Assembly (NCBI GenBank): GCA_045567365.1
Contig: JBJLDC010000012.1
Location: forward strand, 30,809 to 94,808
Length of the DNA stretch: 64,000 nt
Source of the DNA: Candidatus Pelagibacterales bacterium
GTDB lineage: Bacteria; Pseudomonadota; Alphaproteobacteria; Pelagibacterales; AG-422-B15
Direction of reading: 5' to 3'
Shown piece after piece: positions 1 through 8,386 of the stretch (within the stretch, counting starts at the first letter, position 1; every line of letters begins with the position of its first letter). Below the pieces are notes generated by a model that saw only the letters and a program-made list of their open reading frames with translations, was not told where the DNA came from and searched no databases. The position numbers were made by a program, and so were the translations under genes.

Positions 1-936
1 GCTTTGGTAATTTTAACAAACAAAAAACTTATAGGTGTTAGAGATCCATATGGAATAAGGCCATTAGTATTGGGAGATTTAAAAGGTGCTCCTGTACTTG
101 CTTCTGAAACATGCGCATTAGATATTATTGGGGCAAAGTATGTAAGAGATGTTGAGAATGGAGAGATTATTGTTATTACAGACAATAAAATTGAAAGCAT
201 TAAGCCGTTCCCAAATGTTAATGAGCGTCCATGTATTTTTGAAAGAATATATTTCTCAAGACCTGATAGTATCATTGATGGTCGATCAGTTTATTCATAC
301 CGAAAAAATTTAGGCTCCGAACTTGCAAAAGAGTTTAAAATTGATGCTGACGTTATTGTCCCAATTCCAGACTCTGGAGTTCCAGCGGCATTAGGATTTT
401 CTCAAACTTCTGGTATTCCATTTGAATTAGGCTTAATCAGAAACCATTATGTTGGAAGAACTTTTATTGAGCCAACCCAAAATATTCGTCAGTTTGGAGT
501 GAAATTGAAGCATAGCGTTAATGTTTCATATATAAAAAACAAAAAAGTAATTTTGATAGACGACTCTATAGTTAGAGGAACGACAGCAAAAAAAATAGTG
601 AAGATGGTTTATGATGCAGGAGCAAAAGAGGTTCATCTTGGTGTCTCATGTCCACCAATTACTCATCCTGATTTTTATGGAATTGATACTCCTAATTATA
701 ATGAATTAATTGCTTCAAATAAAAATATAGATGAAATGTCATCTATTATTGGAACAAAATCTCTATTTTTTTTAAGTTTGGATGGAACTTACCGAGCAAT
801 GGGCTGTGAAGAAAGAGATAGTTCATCTCCTCAATTTACAGATCACTGTTTTACAGGTGAGTATCCGACACCATTAATTGATATGGAGCAAGGAAATGTT
901 TCTAAGCAGTACTCTCTCTTGACTGAGAAGAGTTAA
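1..936 (+). CDS. purF: Amidophosphoribosyltransferase, C-terminal part (5' end lies outside the window)
   Basis: The reading frame is open from base 1. It carries the PRPP-binding loop VILIDDSIVRGTT and the DPYGIRPL / PDSG motifs typical of PurF. Confidence 0.9.
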   Translation, partial: ALVILTNKKLIGVRDPYGIRPLVLGDLKGAPVLASETCALDIIGAKYVRDVENGEIIVITDNKIESIKPFPNVNERPCIFERIYFSRPDSIIDGRSVYSYRKNLGSELAKEFKIDADVIVPIPDSGVPAALGFSQTSGIPFELGLIRNHYVGRTFIEPTQNIRQFGVKLKHSVNVSYIKNKKVILIDDSIVRGTTAKKIVKMVYDAGAKEVHLGVSCPPITHPDFYGIDTPNYNELIASNKNIDEMSSIIGTKSLFFLSLDGTYRAMGCEERDSSSPQFTDHCFTGEYPTPLIDMEQGNVSKQYSLLTEKS

Positions 937-1712
937 ATTTCTTTAGGTACGCCTACTTTATTGTACCCACAATCAACATAATGTGTCTCACCTGTTACTC
1001 CTGATGATAAATCACTGAGTAAATACAAACCAGAGTTTCCTACTTCGTCTAGGGTAATGTTTCTTTTCATAAGTGAATTTTTTTCGGACCATTTCATCAT
1101 ATCTTTGCCCCCAGAGATACCTGCCATAGCAAGTGTTTTCATAACACCAGCAGACAATGAATTTACTCTAATTCCATATTCACCCAAATCGGCAGCTAAG
1201 TATCGAACACTAGATTCTAAAGCAGCTTTTGCTACTCCCATTACATTGTAATTGGGTACAGCCCGTTGAGATCCGTCATAAGTTAGAGTAACCATTGATC
1301 CCCCATTAGTCATAAGTGGATATGCTTCTCTTGCTATTTCTGTGAAAGAAAAGCAAGAAATTAGCATTGTATTAGAAAAATTCTCTCTAGATGAATTGAT
1401 ATACTTCCCCTTTAATTCATTTTTATCTGAAAATGCAATTGAATGAAGTACAAAGTCAATAGATTGCCATTTATCTCTGATAAGAGAAAATGTATTTTTT
1501 ATTGAGTCGCTGTTTAAAACATCACATTCAATAAAAAAATTATTATTTATTGATTCAGCTAAAGGCTGTATCCGTCTTAGAAGAGTCTCTCCTTGATATG
1601 TGAAACATAAATCTGCCCCTTGCTCTGATAGTTTTTTTGCAATACCCCAAGCGATCGAATGATCATTTGCTACACCCATTATAATTCCTCTTTTGCCTTC
1701 CAATAGTCCCAT
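933..1712 (-). CDS. fabI: Enoyl-[acyl-carrier-protein] reductase (NADH)
   Basis: 259 aa SDR-fold protein with GVANDHSIAWGIAK at the N-terminus. It sits downstream of fabA-fabB, and its stop overlaps the purF stop region. Confidence 0.9.
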   Translation of the reverse strand: MGLLEGKRGIIMGVANDHSIAWGIAKKLSEQGADLCFTYQGETLLRRIQPLAESINNNFFIECDVLNSDSIKNTFSLIRDKWQSIDFVLHSIAFSDKNELKGKYINSSRENFSNTMLISCFSFTEIAREAYPLMTNGGSMVTLTYDGSQRAVPNYNVMGVAKAALESSVRYLAADLGEYGIRVNSLSAGVMKTLAMAGISGGKDMMKWSEKNSLMKRNITLDEVGNSGLYLLSDLSSGVTGETHYVDCGYNKVGVPKEI

Positions 1713-1713
1713 A

Positions 1714-2925
1714 TCAATTGTATCTCCTAAAAACTAAAGACGCATTTGTTCCACCAAACCCAAAGCTATTACTCATTGCCGTATCAAAAGCTCCCTCTTT
1801 GACAGATGTTAAAATGTTTAAATCCTTCGCAGCTTCATCAATATCCTTAATGTGTGCAGATTCACTCATAAAATCATTATTAAGCATTAATAGAGAATAT
1901 ATAGCTTCTTGAACACCCGCCGCACCGAGTGAATGACCTGTAAGAGATTTTGTTGAACTGATAAAAGGAGTTTCTTTTCCAAATACTTTTTTGACAGCGC
2001 CAAGCTCTGCATTATCACCTACAGGAGTTGAAGTGCCGTGGGCATTTATATAGTCAACTTTTTCATCTAAATTTTTGATTGCCATTTGCATACATCTTTC
2101 AGCACCTTCACCTGAAGGCTGTACCATATCGTAACCATCTGAAGTTGCTCCATATCCAACTAATTCAGCATAAATTTTTGCACCCCTTGATTTTGCGTGT
2201 TCAAGTTCTTCTAAAACCAGCACACCACCACCACCAGCAATTACAAAGCCATCTCTCGAAGAATCAAATGCTCTTGATGCAGTCTCTGGAGTATCATTAT
2301 ATTTTGAAGATAGAGCAGTCATAGCATCAAACAAGGCAGACAATGACCAGTCTAATTCTTCTCCGCCACCAGCAAAGACAATATCCTGTTTTCCCATCTG
2401 AATAAGCTCTGCTCCATGACCTATACAATGCGCACTTGTTGCACAAGCTGAGCTTATAGAATAGTTCATTCCCTTAATTTTAAAGAATGTAGATAATGTT
2501 GCGGAGTTTGTACTACACATTACCTTTGGTACACTTGTAGGGCCAATTTTTTTTGGACCTGTATCCCTTGTAATATCAAACGCTCTTAATAAATTTTTAG
2601 TTGATGGTCCACCCGATCCCATAACAAGGCCTGTCATAGGATTAGAAATAAGATTTTCATCTAATCCAGAATCCTTAAGTGCCTCAAGCATTGCTAAATA
2701 ATTGTAACTAGCACCATCGCCCATGAACCTTAAAAATTTTCTATCAATTGACTCTTGAAGATTAATTTTAATTTGTCCACTTACATGACTTCGAAAATTC
2801 ATATCTTTATGAGATTGATCAAAAGATATTCCTGACTTTGATTCTCTGAGTGAGTTTATAACCTCAATAGCATTATTCCCAATTGGGGAAATTATTCCTA
2901 AGCCAGTAACTACAACTTTTCTCAT
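1714..2925 (-). CDS. fabB: 3-oxoacyl-ACP synthase I (KAS I)
   Basis: 403 aa with active-site context [16 protein letters not shown] and GHSLGAAG. It lies immediately after fabA, as in fabA-fabB operons. Confidence 0.85.
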   Translation of the reverse strand: MRKVVVTGLGIISPIGNNAIEVINSLRESKSGISFDQSHKDMNFRSHVSGQIKINLQESIDRKFLRFMGDGASYNYLAMLEALKDSGLDENLISNPMTGLVMGSGGPSTKNLLRAFDITRDTGPKKIGPTSVPKVMCSTNSATLSTFFKIKGMNYSISSACATSAHCIGHGAELIQMGKQDIVFAGGGEELDWSLSALFDAMTALSSKYNDTPETASRAFDSSRDGFVIAGGGGVLVLEELEHAKSRGAKIYAELVGYGATSDGYDMVQPSGEGAERCMQMAIKNLDEKVDYINAHGTSTPVGDNAELGAVKKVFGKETPFISSTKSLTGHSLGAAGVQEAIYSLLMLNNDFMSESAHIKDIDEAAKDLNILTSVKEGAFDTAMSNSFGFGGTNASLVFRRYN

Positions 2926-2926
2926 T

Positions 2927-3427
2927 TTATTTTATTAATCCTACCTTCAATCCTTCTGCTGTATATATTTTTTTTCCATCAACAGTGACTGTACCATCGC
3001 CAACTCCCACAACTACGCCTCTTTTAATAACTTTTTTCATATTAATATGATAAGTGACTAATTTAGAGTCTTGCAAAATTTCTCCAGCAAATTTGACATT
3101 TCCAGAACCCAAAGCACGACCTCTACCAGGCTCTCCAATCCAACCAAGATAAAAGCCTACTAGTTGCCACATAGCATCAAGTCCAAGGCACCCAGGCATT
3201 ACTGGATCCATTTCAAAGTGACAGCCAAAAAACCAAAGAGATGGATCAATATCAAACTCAGCGATAATCTCTCCTTTGTCAAATGAACCCCCCTGATCAG
3301 ATATTTTTGTAATTCGATCAAACATAAGCATTGGAGGTAAGGGTAGCCTTGCATTTCCGATGCCAAACATTTTTCCATGACCACATTCTAGTAATTCTTC
3401 ATTTGTGAAGCTTGATTTTTTGTCCAT
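2927..3427 (-). CDS. fabA: 3-hydroxydecanoyl-ACP dehydratase/isomerase
   Basis: 166 aa hot-dog fold protein with the FFGCHF...[12 protein letters not shown] motif characteristic of FabA. Confidence 0.9.
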   Translation of the reverse strand: MDKKSSFTNEELLECGHGKMFGIGNARLPLPPMLMFDRITKISDQGGSFDKGEIIAEFDIDPSLWFFGCHFEMDPVMPGCLGLDAMWQLVGFYLGWIGEPGRGRALGSGNVKFAGEILQDSKLVTYHINMKKVIKRGVVVGVGDGTVTVDGKKIYTAEGLKVGLIK

Positions 3428-3520
3428 ATGAAATATTTATCTCATTGTTTTAGTTAGATAAGTTAGTAGATTAGGGTATTATTATTGTAAAATATATATT
3501 TATTTATTAAACAAATCATT

Positions 3521-3919
3521 ATGAACTCAATTAAAGATATCTTAAGAAATAGCTCTTTAAGACCTACAAAGCAAAGAATTATGATAGGTAAGCTATTATT
3601 TAATGACACTGACAAGCATGTGACAGCTGAATCTTTATATCGTGAACTCACAGCTTCTGAGCAAAAAATATCTTTAGCAACCGTTTATAATACTCTGCAT
3701 GATTTCTGTGAAAAAAAACTATTAAAGAAAGTAACAATAGACACAGAAAAAGTTTATTTTGATACAAATACCAGTCCGCACCATCACTTTTACTCTGATA
3801 ATGAAAAATTATTAATTGATATTTCTAAAGATAAAATAAAAATTCAGGGACTGCCTAAGGCTCCTAAAGGCAAAAAAATCAAAGATGTAGAGCTGATCGC
3901 TCACTTAACAGATAACTAA
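3521..3919 (+). CDS. irr: Fur-family transcriptional regulator, Irr type (iron response regulator)
   Basis: 132 aa Fur-family winged-helix protein. It has FDTNTSPHHHFY (the Irr HHH motif) and lacks the C-terminal CxxC pairs of classical Fur. It is divergent from fabA, as irr is in Rhizobiales. Confidence 0.75.
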   Translation: MNSIKDILRNSSLRPTKQRIMIGKLLFNDTDKHVTAESLYRELTASEQKISLATVYNTLHDFCEKKLLKKVTIDTEKVYFDTNTSPHHHFYSDNEKLLIDISKDKIKIQGLPKAPKGKKIKDVELIAHLTDN

Positions 3920-3922
3920 GTT

Positions 3923-3941
3923 ATTGATAATAGTTATCAAT
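3923..3941. promoter_or_regulatory. Fur-box-like perfect palindrome ATTGATAA-TAG-TTATCAAT
   Basis: The arms are 8 bp with a 3-nt spacer, and the core TGATAATAGTTATCA is one mismatch from the 7-1-7 Fur box TGATAAT-N-ATTATCA. It lies 4 nt after the irr stop, so it could instead be a weak irr terminator hairpin. Confidence 0.4.
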
Positions 3942-3946
3942 CTCAG

Positions 3947-3963
3947 TTTAGAATTATTCTAAT
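3947..3963. promoter_or_regulatory. ICE-like Irr box TTTAGAA-TTA-TTCTAAT
   Basis: It matches the alphaproteobacterial iron control element TTTAGAA-N3-TTCTAAA at 13 of 14 specified positions. It ends 4 nt before a TTGACA hexamer (3967-3972) upstream of the rubrerythrin gene. Confidence 0.55.
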
Positions 3964-4023
3964 CTATTGACATTTATATTTAAGTTTATATATGTTGGTT
4001 ATAATTAATTTAGGAGATTAGTA

Positions 4024-4443
4024 ATGACTTCATTAAAAGAAAGTAAAACACTTGATAATTTAAAAGCTGCCTTTGCTGGAGAAAGCCAGGCGAATAGAAG
4101 GTACCTATACTTTGCTCAAAAAGCAGATGTTGAAGGTCATAACGATGTTGCGGCTGTATTTAGATCTACTGCTGAAGGTGAAACTGGACATGCTCATGGT
4201 CACTTAGAATTTATGGAAGAAGTGGGTGATCCTGCAACTGGTGAGCCAATTGGTTCAACTGAAGATAATCTGAAAGCAGCTATTGCTGGAGAAACACATG
4301 AATACACCGATATGTATCCTGGTATGGCAAAAACAGCGAGAGAAGAGGGATTTGACGAAATTGCTGACTGGTTTGAAACTTTAGCTAAAGCTGAAAAATC
4401 TCATGCAGGTAAATTTCAAAAAACTCTAGACTCGATCGAATAG
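4024..4443 (+). CDS. Rubrerythrin-family diiron protein (ferritin-like domain only, no rubredoxin domain)
   Basis: 139 aa with N-terminal LKAAFAGESQANRRY and a second LKAAIAGETHE repeat, giving the E...ExxH x2 ligand pattern. AGGAG lies 6 nt upstream of the ATG. Confidence 0.85.
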   Translation: MTSLKESKTLDNLKAAFAGESQANRRYLYFAQKADVEGHNDVAAVFRSTAEGETGHAHGHLEFMEEVGDPATGEPIGSTEDNLKAAIAGETHEYTDMYPGMAKTAREEGFDEIADWFETLAKAEKSHAGKFQKTLDSIE

Positions 4444-4452
4444 TTTATCAAC

Positions 4453-4480
4453 TGAGAGACTGAAATATTTCAGTCTCTCA
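4453..4480 (+). promoter_or_regulatory. Intercistronic perfect 28-nt palindrome / stem-loop (TGAGAGACTGAAAT|ATTTCAGTCTCTCA)
   Basis: Read directly from the sequence between the rubrerythrin stop (4443) and the next start (4492). No U-tract follows, so it is more likely an mRNA stabiliser or partial attenuator than a full terminator. Confidence 0.5.
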
Positions 4481-4491
4481 ATCACCAATTT

Positions 4492-5829
4492 ATGACAGAA
4501 AAAAAAGAGGGAAGTCTCTCAGCTCCAACACGTGATATTGTTGACTGGAAAAGTCCTGATTATTTAAATGAGGATACTTTAGATGCTGAAATGCGTAGAC
4601 AGTTTGAAGTGTGTCATAGCTGTAGAAGATGTTTCAATTTATGTGAGTCATTTCCAACTTTATTTGATTTAATCGATGACTCAAAAGATGAATCTTTAGA
4701 GAGTGTCGACTCTAAAGACTTTCCTAAAGTTGTCGATAAATGCACATTATGTGATATGTGTTTTATGACTAAGTGTCCTTATGTCCCACCACATGAATTT
4801 AACATAGATTTTCCGCACCTTATGTTGAGATATAGAACTCTTCAAAAGAAAAAGGGTCAACTTAGTAAAATGCCACAGGAACTTGCAAAGATTGATCGTA
4901 ATGCAAAAATAGCTGGTGTATCTCCATCAATTGCCAATTGGGGATCGAATAAAAAAAATACTCTTATAAGAAAACCTCTGGAGGCTTTAACTGGAATTGA
5001 TAAGAGTGCTGAGTTACCTAAATTTGAAAAGAAAACTTACATTCAGCAATCAAAAGAAATGTCTAAAGTCATAAATAAAGATGCGCCTGCATTTGGAAGA
5101 AAGGTTGCAATCTATTCTACATGTTATGTAAATTATAATAATACTGCTGTAGGGATAGCCGCTGAAAAAGTTTTATTACATAATGGCGTTGAAGTTATGC
5201 CTGTTTATCCTGGATGCTGTGGAATGCCTTACTTGGAACAATCTCAACATGAAAAAGTTGTAAAACAGTCAGAACTTGTTTCAAATGAATTATGTAAATT
5301 AATTGATGAGGGCTATGATATTGTGACCTTAACGGCAAGTTGTGGATTAATGCTAAAATTTGAATGGCCTTTATTAAATCCTGATAATGAAAAAATAAAA
5401 AAACTTTCAAATAATACTTATGATATTGATCAGTATGTATCTGACATATCAAAAAAAGAAGGCCTCACAACAGGACTGAGTTACATTGATGGAGGAATAA
5501 CGGTTCACAATGCATGTCATGCAAGAGCTCAAAATATGGGAAATAAAGCATTGGAAATGCTAAAAAATCTCCCAGATACCAAAGTTGATGTAGTGGAAAG
5601 ATGCGCAGGACATGGAGGAACTTTTGGTGTAATGAAAGAAACTCGAAATGCTGCGGTTAAATATGGAAGAACAACAGCAAGACAAATAAAAAATAAAAAA
5701 ACAAAGTTTGTAGTATCTGATTGTCCATTAGCAAGTAAACATTTAGATGGACTATTAAATGAAAAAGACGAGGAAGAGATAGTTTCAATGCATCCCATAG
5801 AAATTTTATCAAAATCTTATAATTTATAA
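4492..5829 (+). CDS. (Fe-S)-binding oxidoreductase, HdrD/GlpC-like with CCG domains
   Basis: 445 aa with two ferredoxin-type Cys clusters (CHSCRRCFNLC, CTLCDMCFMTKCP) followed by C-terminal Cys-rich CCG-type segments (PGCCGMP, ERCAGHGG). Confidence 0.8.
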   Translation: MTEKKEGSLSAPTRDIVDWKSPDYLNEDTLDAEMRRQFEVCHSCRRCFNLCESFPTLFDLIDDSKDESLESVDSKDFPKVVDKCTLCDMCFMTKCPYVPPHEFNIDFPHLMLRYRTLQKKKGQLSKMPQELAKIDRNAKIAGVSPSIANWGSNKKNTLIRKPLEALTGIDKSAELPKFEKKTYIQQSKEMSKVINKDAPAFGRKVAIYSTCYVNYNNTAVGIAAEKVLLHNGVEVMPVYPGCCGMPYLEQSQHEKVVKQSELVSNELCKLIDEGYDIVTLTASCGLMLKFEWPLLNPDNEKIKKLSNNTYDIDQYVSDISKKEGLTTGLSYIDGGITVHNACHARAQNMGNKALEMLKNLPDTKVDVVERCAGHGGTFGVMKETRNAAVKYGRTTARQIKNKKTKFVVSDCPLASKHLDGLLNEKDEEEIVSMHPIEILSKSYNL

Positions 5830-5848
5830 TCAAATTTTTGGAGAGAAT

Positions 5849-6442
5849 ATGTCATACAAAGATAAAAAAATAGAACCGTCAGATATTTTATCTATAGATC
5901 AATATACTGCTGAGCGTAAAACTTTAAGAAAAAATCTTGTGGCCATTAAAAAAGATAGGCGTGTTAACTTGGGTCCTCACGCTACATTCTATTTTGAAAA
6001 TTATTATACGATGAAAGCTCAAATTCAAGAGATGTTATATATCGAAAAAGGTGGTGATGAACAATTAAAAGATGAAATGGAAGCATATAATCCACTCATT
6101 CCTCAAGGTAAGGAAATTGTAGCTACCTTTATGTTTGAAATAGATAGCCCCATTACTAGAAAAAATGTTCTTAGCCAACTTGGCGGCGTTGAAAACTTAA
6201 TTTTTGTTTCTATCAATGGTGATAAAATTTTTGCAACTCCTGAAGGTGATACAGAGAGAACTGATGCATACGGAAAAACTTCTTCTGTACATTTCCTACA
6301 TTTTCACATGACTGATGATCAGATTAATAATTTTAAAAATATAGAGTCGAAAATTGAATTGGGAACCGACCATCAAGAATATCTACACACTACAGTCATT
6401 TCTTCTGATACAAAATCATCTTTAATTGAAGATTTAGATTAA
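5849..6442 (+). CDS. DUF3501-family protein (function unknown)
   Basis: 197 aa soluble protein. The family call rests on my recollection that DUF3501 co-occurs with rubrerythrin and HdrD-like genes. It has its own GGAG RBS. Confidence 0.55.
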   Translation: MSYKDKKIEPSDILSIDQYTAERKTLRKNLVAIKKDRRVNLGPHATFYFENYYTMKAQIQEMLYIEKGGDEQLKDEMEAYNPLIPQGKEIVATFMFEIDSPITRKNVLSQLGGVENLIFVSINGDKIFATPEGDTERTDAYGKTSSVHFLHFHMTDDQINNFKNIESKIELGTDHQEYLHTTVISSDTKSSLIEDLD

Positions 6443-7918
6443 TTAGTAAGTATTATATTTAATAAATTTATTTGCTTGAGTGAAGATTCTTTTTTTTCTT
6501 TCAGGGTCAATCTTTTCTAATGAATAAGCCATCATAGATAATCTATGATTGCTTTTTATATATTTTTTATTTTTCTCTATAAATTGCCAATATAATCCAT
6601 CGACTACATCACACCATTCACCTCGTTTATAATCACTCATTTTTAATAGGTAATTTGATCCACAAATATAAGGCTTAGTTGCAAAAATTCCTCCATCACT
6701 AAATGTACCCATTCCAAAAACGTTGGGAGTCATTACCCAATCACTTGAGTCAATAAACATTTCCATGAACCACTTAAATATTTCTTTGGGGTCAATACCT
6801 GAGAGGTTCATGATATTTGAAATCAACATTAGTCGAATTATGTGATGTGCATATCCAAATTTATTCACTTCCTTGATTGCGTGATCTAGTGGCTCAATCC
6901 CAGTGCTTCCATCATACCAACTCTTTTTCAATTTTAACTTATGACCCCAAAAGTTTGATTTTTTCATACTACTATCGTGATAATCATAGACATTCTTAAT
7001 AAATTCTCTCCATCCAATGATTTGTCTTACAAAGCCCTCGACATTATTAATTTGGATCTTTCTGGTTTTTGCAAATTTAATTGCCTTATTTACTACTTCT
7101 TCTGGCGTTAATAATCCTATATTTAATAGTGGACTTAACAAACTATGAAACAATATGTGTCCTTTTTTTGATATTGCATCTTCATAATCCCCAAAAAGAA
7201 AAAATTTATTTTTCAGGAAATCATCAAGCCAAGACAAGGCCTGCTTTCTTGTTGTTGGTATATTAAAGTTTTCTATTGATCCCGGATGACTATCAAAGAG
7301 GTTAGAGATTACTTTCTTTATTTGTTGTGTATTGTGTGTCTCTGAAATTTTTTTAATTTTTGGGACTGATATCGACTCAGGAAGTTTTTTTCTATTTAAT
7401 TCATCATATGACCACTGGTCTCCTTCAGGGTCTTTTCCTTTCATAAGTATATTTAGATCAGATCTTTGTAGTTTATAAAAATTACCCATGAAAGGTTTTT
7501 TATTTTTTGCAAAGAACTTCTCTTTTAATTCTTGTTTTGTAAGAAACATGGGGTTTGGTATAAATGAAAGTTCAATATTTAATTTTTTACATGTCTTCTT
7601 TAAGATATGATCAAAAAAATGATCTGAAACTTTAAATGTAATTATTCTTTTGACCTTTTGATTTTTAATTACTTTTTCTAGCTTTGCTGAATATGATAGA
7701 TTTTTATTTTGATTAATTTCATTATAAATAACATTAAAATTATTATTTATAAGTTCATCACGATAAGATCTCATTGCACTTAAAAAAAGTATCAGTTTAT
7801 GCTTGTGATACTTTTCTTGAGTACATAGACCAAAATCTTCAGCCATATAAAAAAAATCTTTTTTATATTCTTGTAAATATTTTTGAGGAAATAGTTGATC
7901 GCCTAAAATAAGAAACAT
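6443..7918 (-). CDS. Cryptochrome/photolyase-family protein (COG3046, PhrB/CryB-related)
   Basis: 491 aa with GYAHHIIRLM, DWVMTPNVFGM and KPYICGSNYLLKMSDY blocks typical of the prokaryotic (6-4) photolyase/CryB group. It directly abuts the convergent upstream gene with zero gap. Confidence 0.8.
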   Translation of the reverse strand: MFLILGDQLFPQKYLQEYKKDFFYMAEDFGLCTQEKYHKHKLILFLSAMRSYRDELINNNFNVIYNEINQNKNLSYSAKLEKVIKNQKVKRIITFKVSDHFFDHILKKTCKKLNIELSFIPNPMFLTKQELKEKFFAKNKKPFMGNFYKLQRSDLNILMKGKDPEGDQWSYDELNRKKLPESISVPKIKKISETHNTQQIKKVISNLFDSHPGSIENFNIPTTRKQALSWLDDFLKNKFFLFGDYEDAISKKGHILFHSLLSPLLNIGLLTPEEVVNKAIKFAKTRKIQINNVEGFVRQIIGWREFIKNVYDYHDSSMKKSNFWGHKLKLKKSWYDGSTGIEPLDHAIKEVNKFGYAHHIIRLMLISNIMNLSGIDPKEIFKWFMEMFIDSSDWVMTPNVFGMGTFSDGGIFATKPYICGSNYLLKMSDYKRGEWCDVVDGLYWQFIEKNKKYIKSNHRLSMMAYSLEKIDPERKKRIFTQANKFIKYNTY

Positions 7919-7930
7919 TGATTAAAGATA

Positions 7931-8377
7931 TTATTTTCCTGTAGATCCAAAACCTTTTTGATCTCTTGAGGTTTGATCTAAATTATTAACTTCTTTAAAA
8001 GAAACTTTTACAACTTCATTAAAAACCAATTGCGCTATTCTATCATTATTTTTGATTAAAAAATCTTCATTTCCATGATTAATTAGTATTACTTTTATTT
8101 CACCACGATAATCTGAGTCAATAGTTCCAGGTGAATTTAATACTGTAATCCCGTATTTTAATGATAGACCCGATCTAGGCCTCACTTGACCTTCAATATT
8201 TTGAGGTAAACTTAATGCTATTCCAGTGGGAATCAGTTCTCTTTCGTTTGGTTTAATTAAAATATCATTTTCTATAAAAGCAGATAAGTCCATACCAACT
8301 GATCCTTCAGTCTGGTACTTAGGAAGATCAAAGCTATTATTGTTTAGCTTTTTAATTAAGACAGTATTTTGTTTCAT
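7931..8377 (-). CDS. dut: dUTP diphosphatase
   Basis: 148 aa with the SPGTIDSDYRGEI and RSGL motifs and C-terminal GFGSTG. Confidence 0.92.
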   Translation of the reverse strand: MKQNTVLIKKLNNNSFDLPKYQTEGSVGMDLSAFIENDILIKPNERELIPTGIALSLPQNIEGQVRPRSGLSLKYGITVLNSPGTIDSDYRGEIKVILINHGNEDFLIKNNDRIAQLVFNEVVKVSFKEVNNLDQTSRDQKGFGSTGK

Positions 8378-8386
8378 TTTAGTAAT

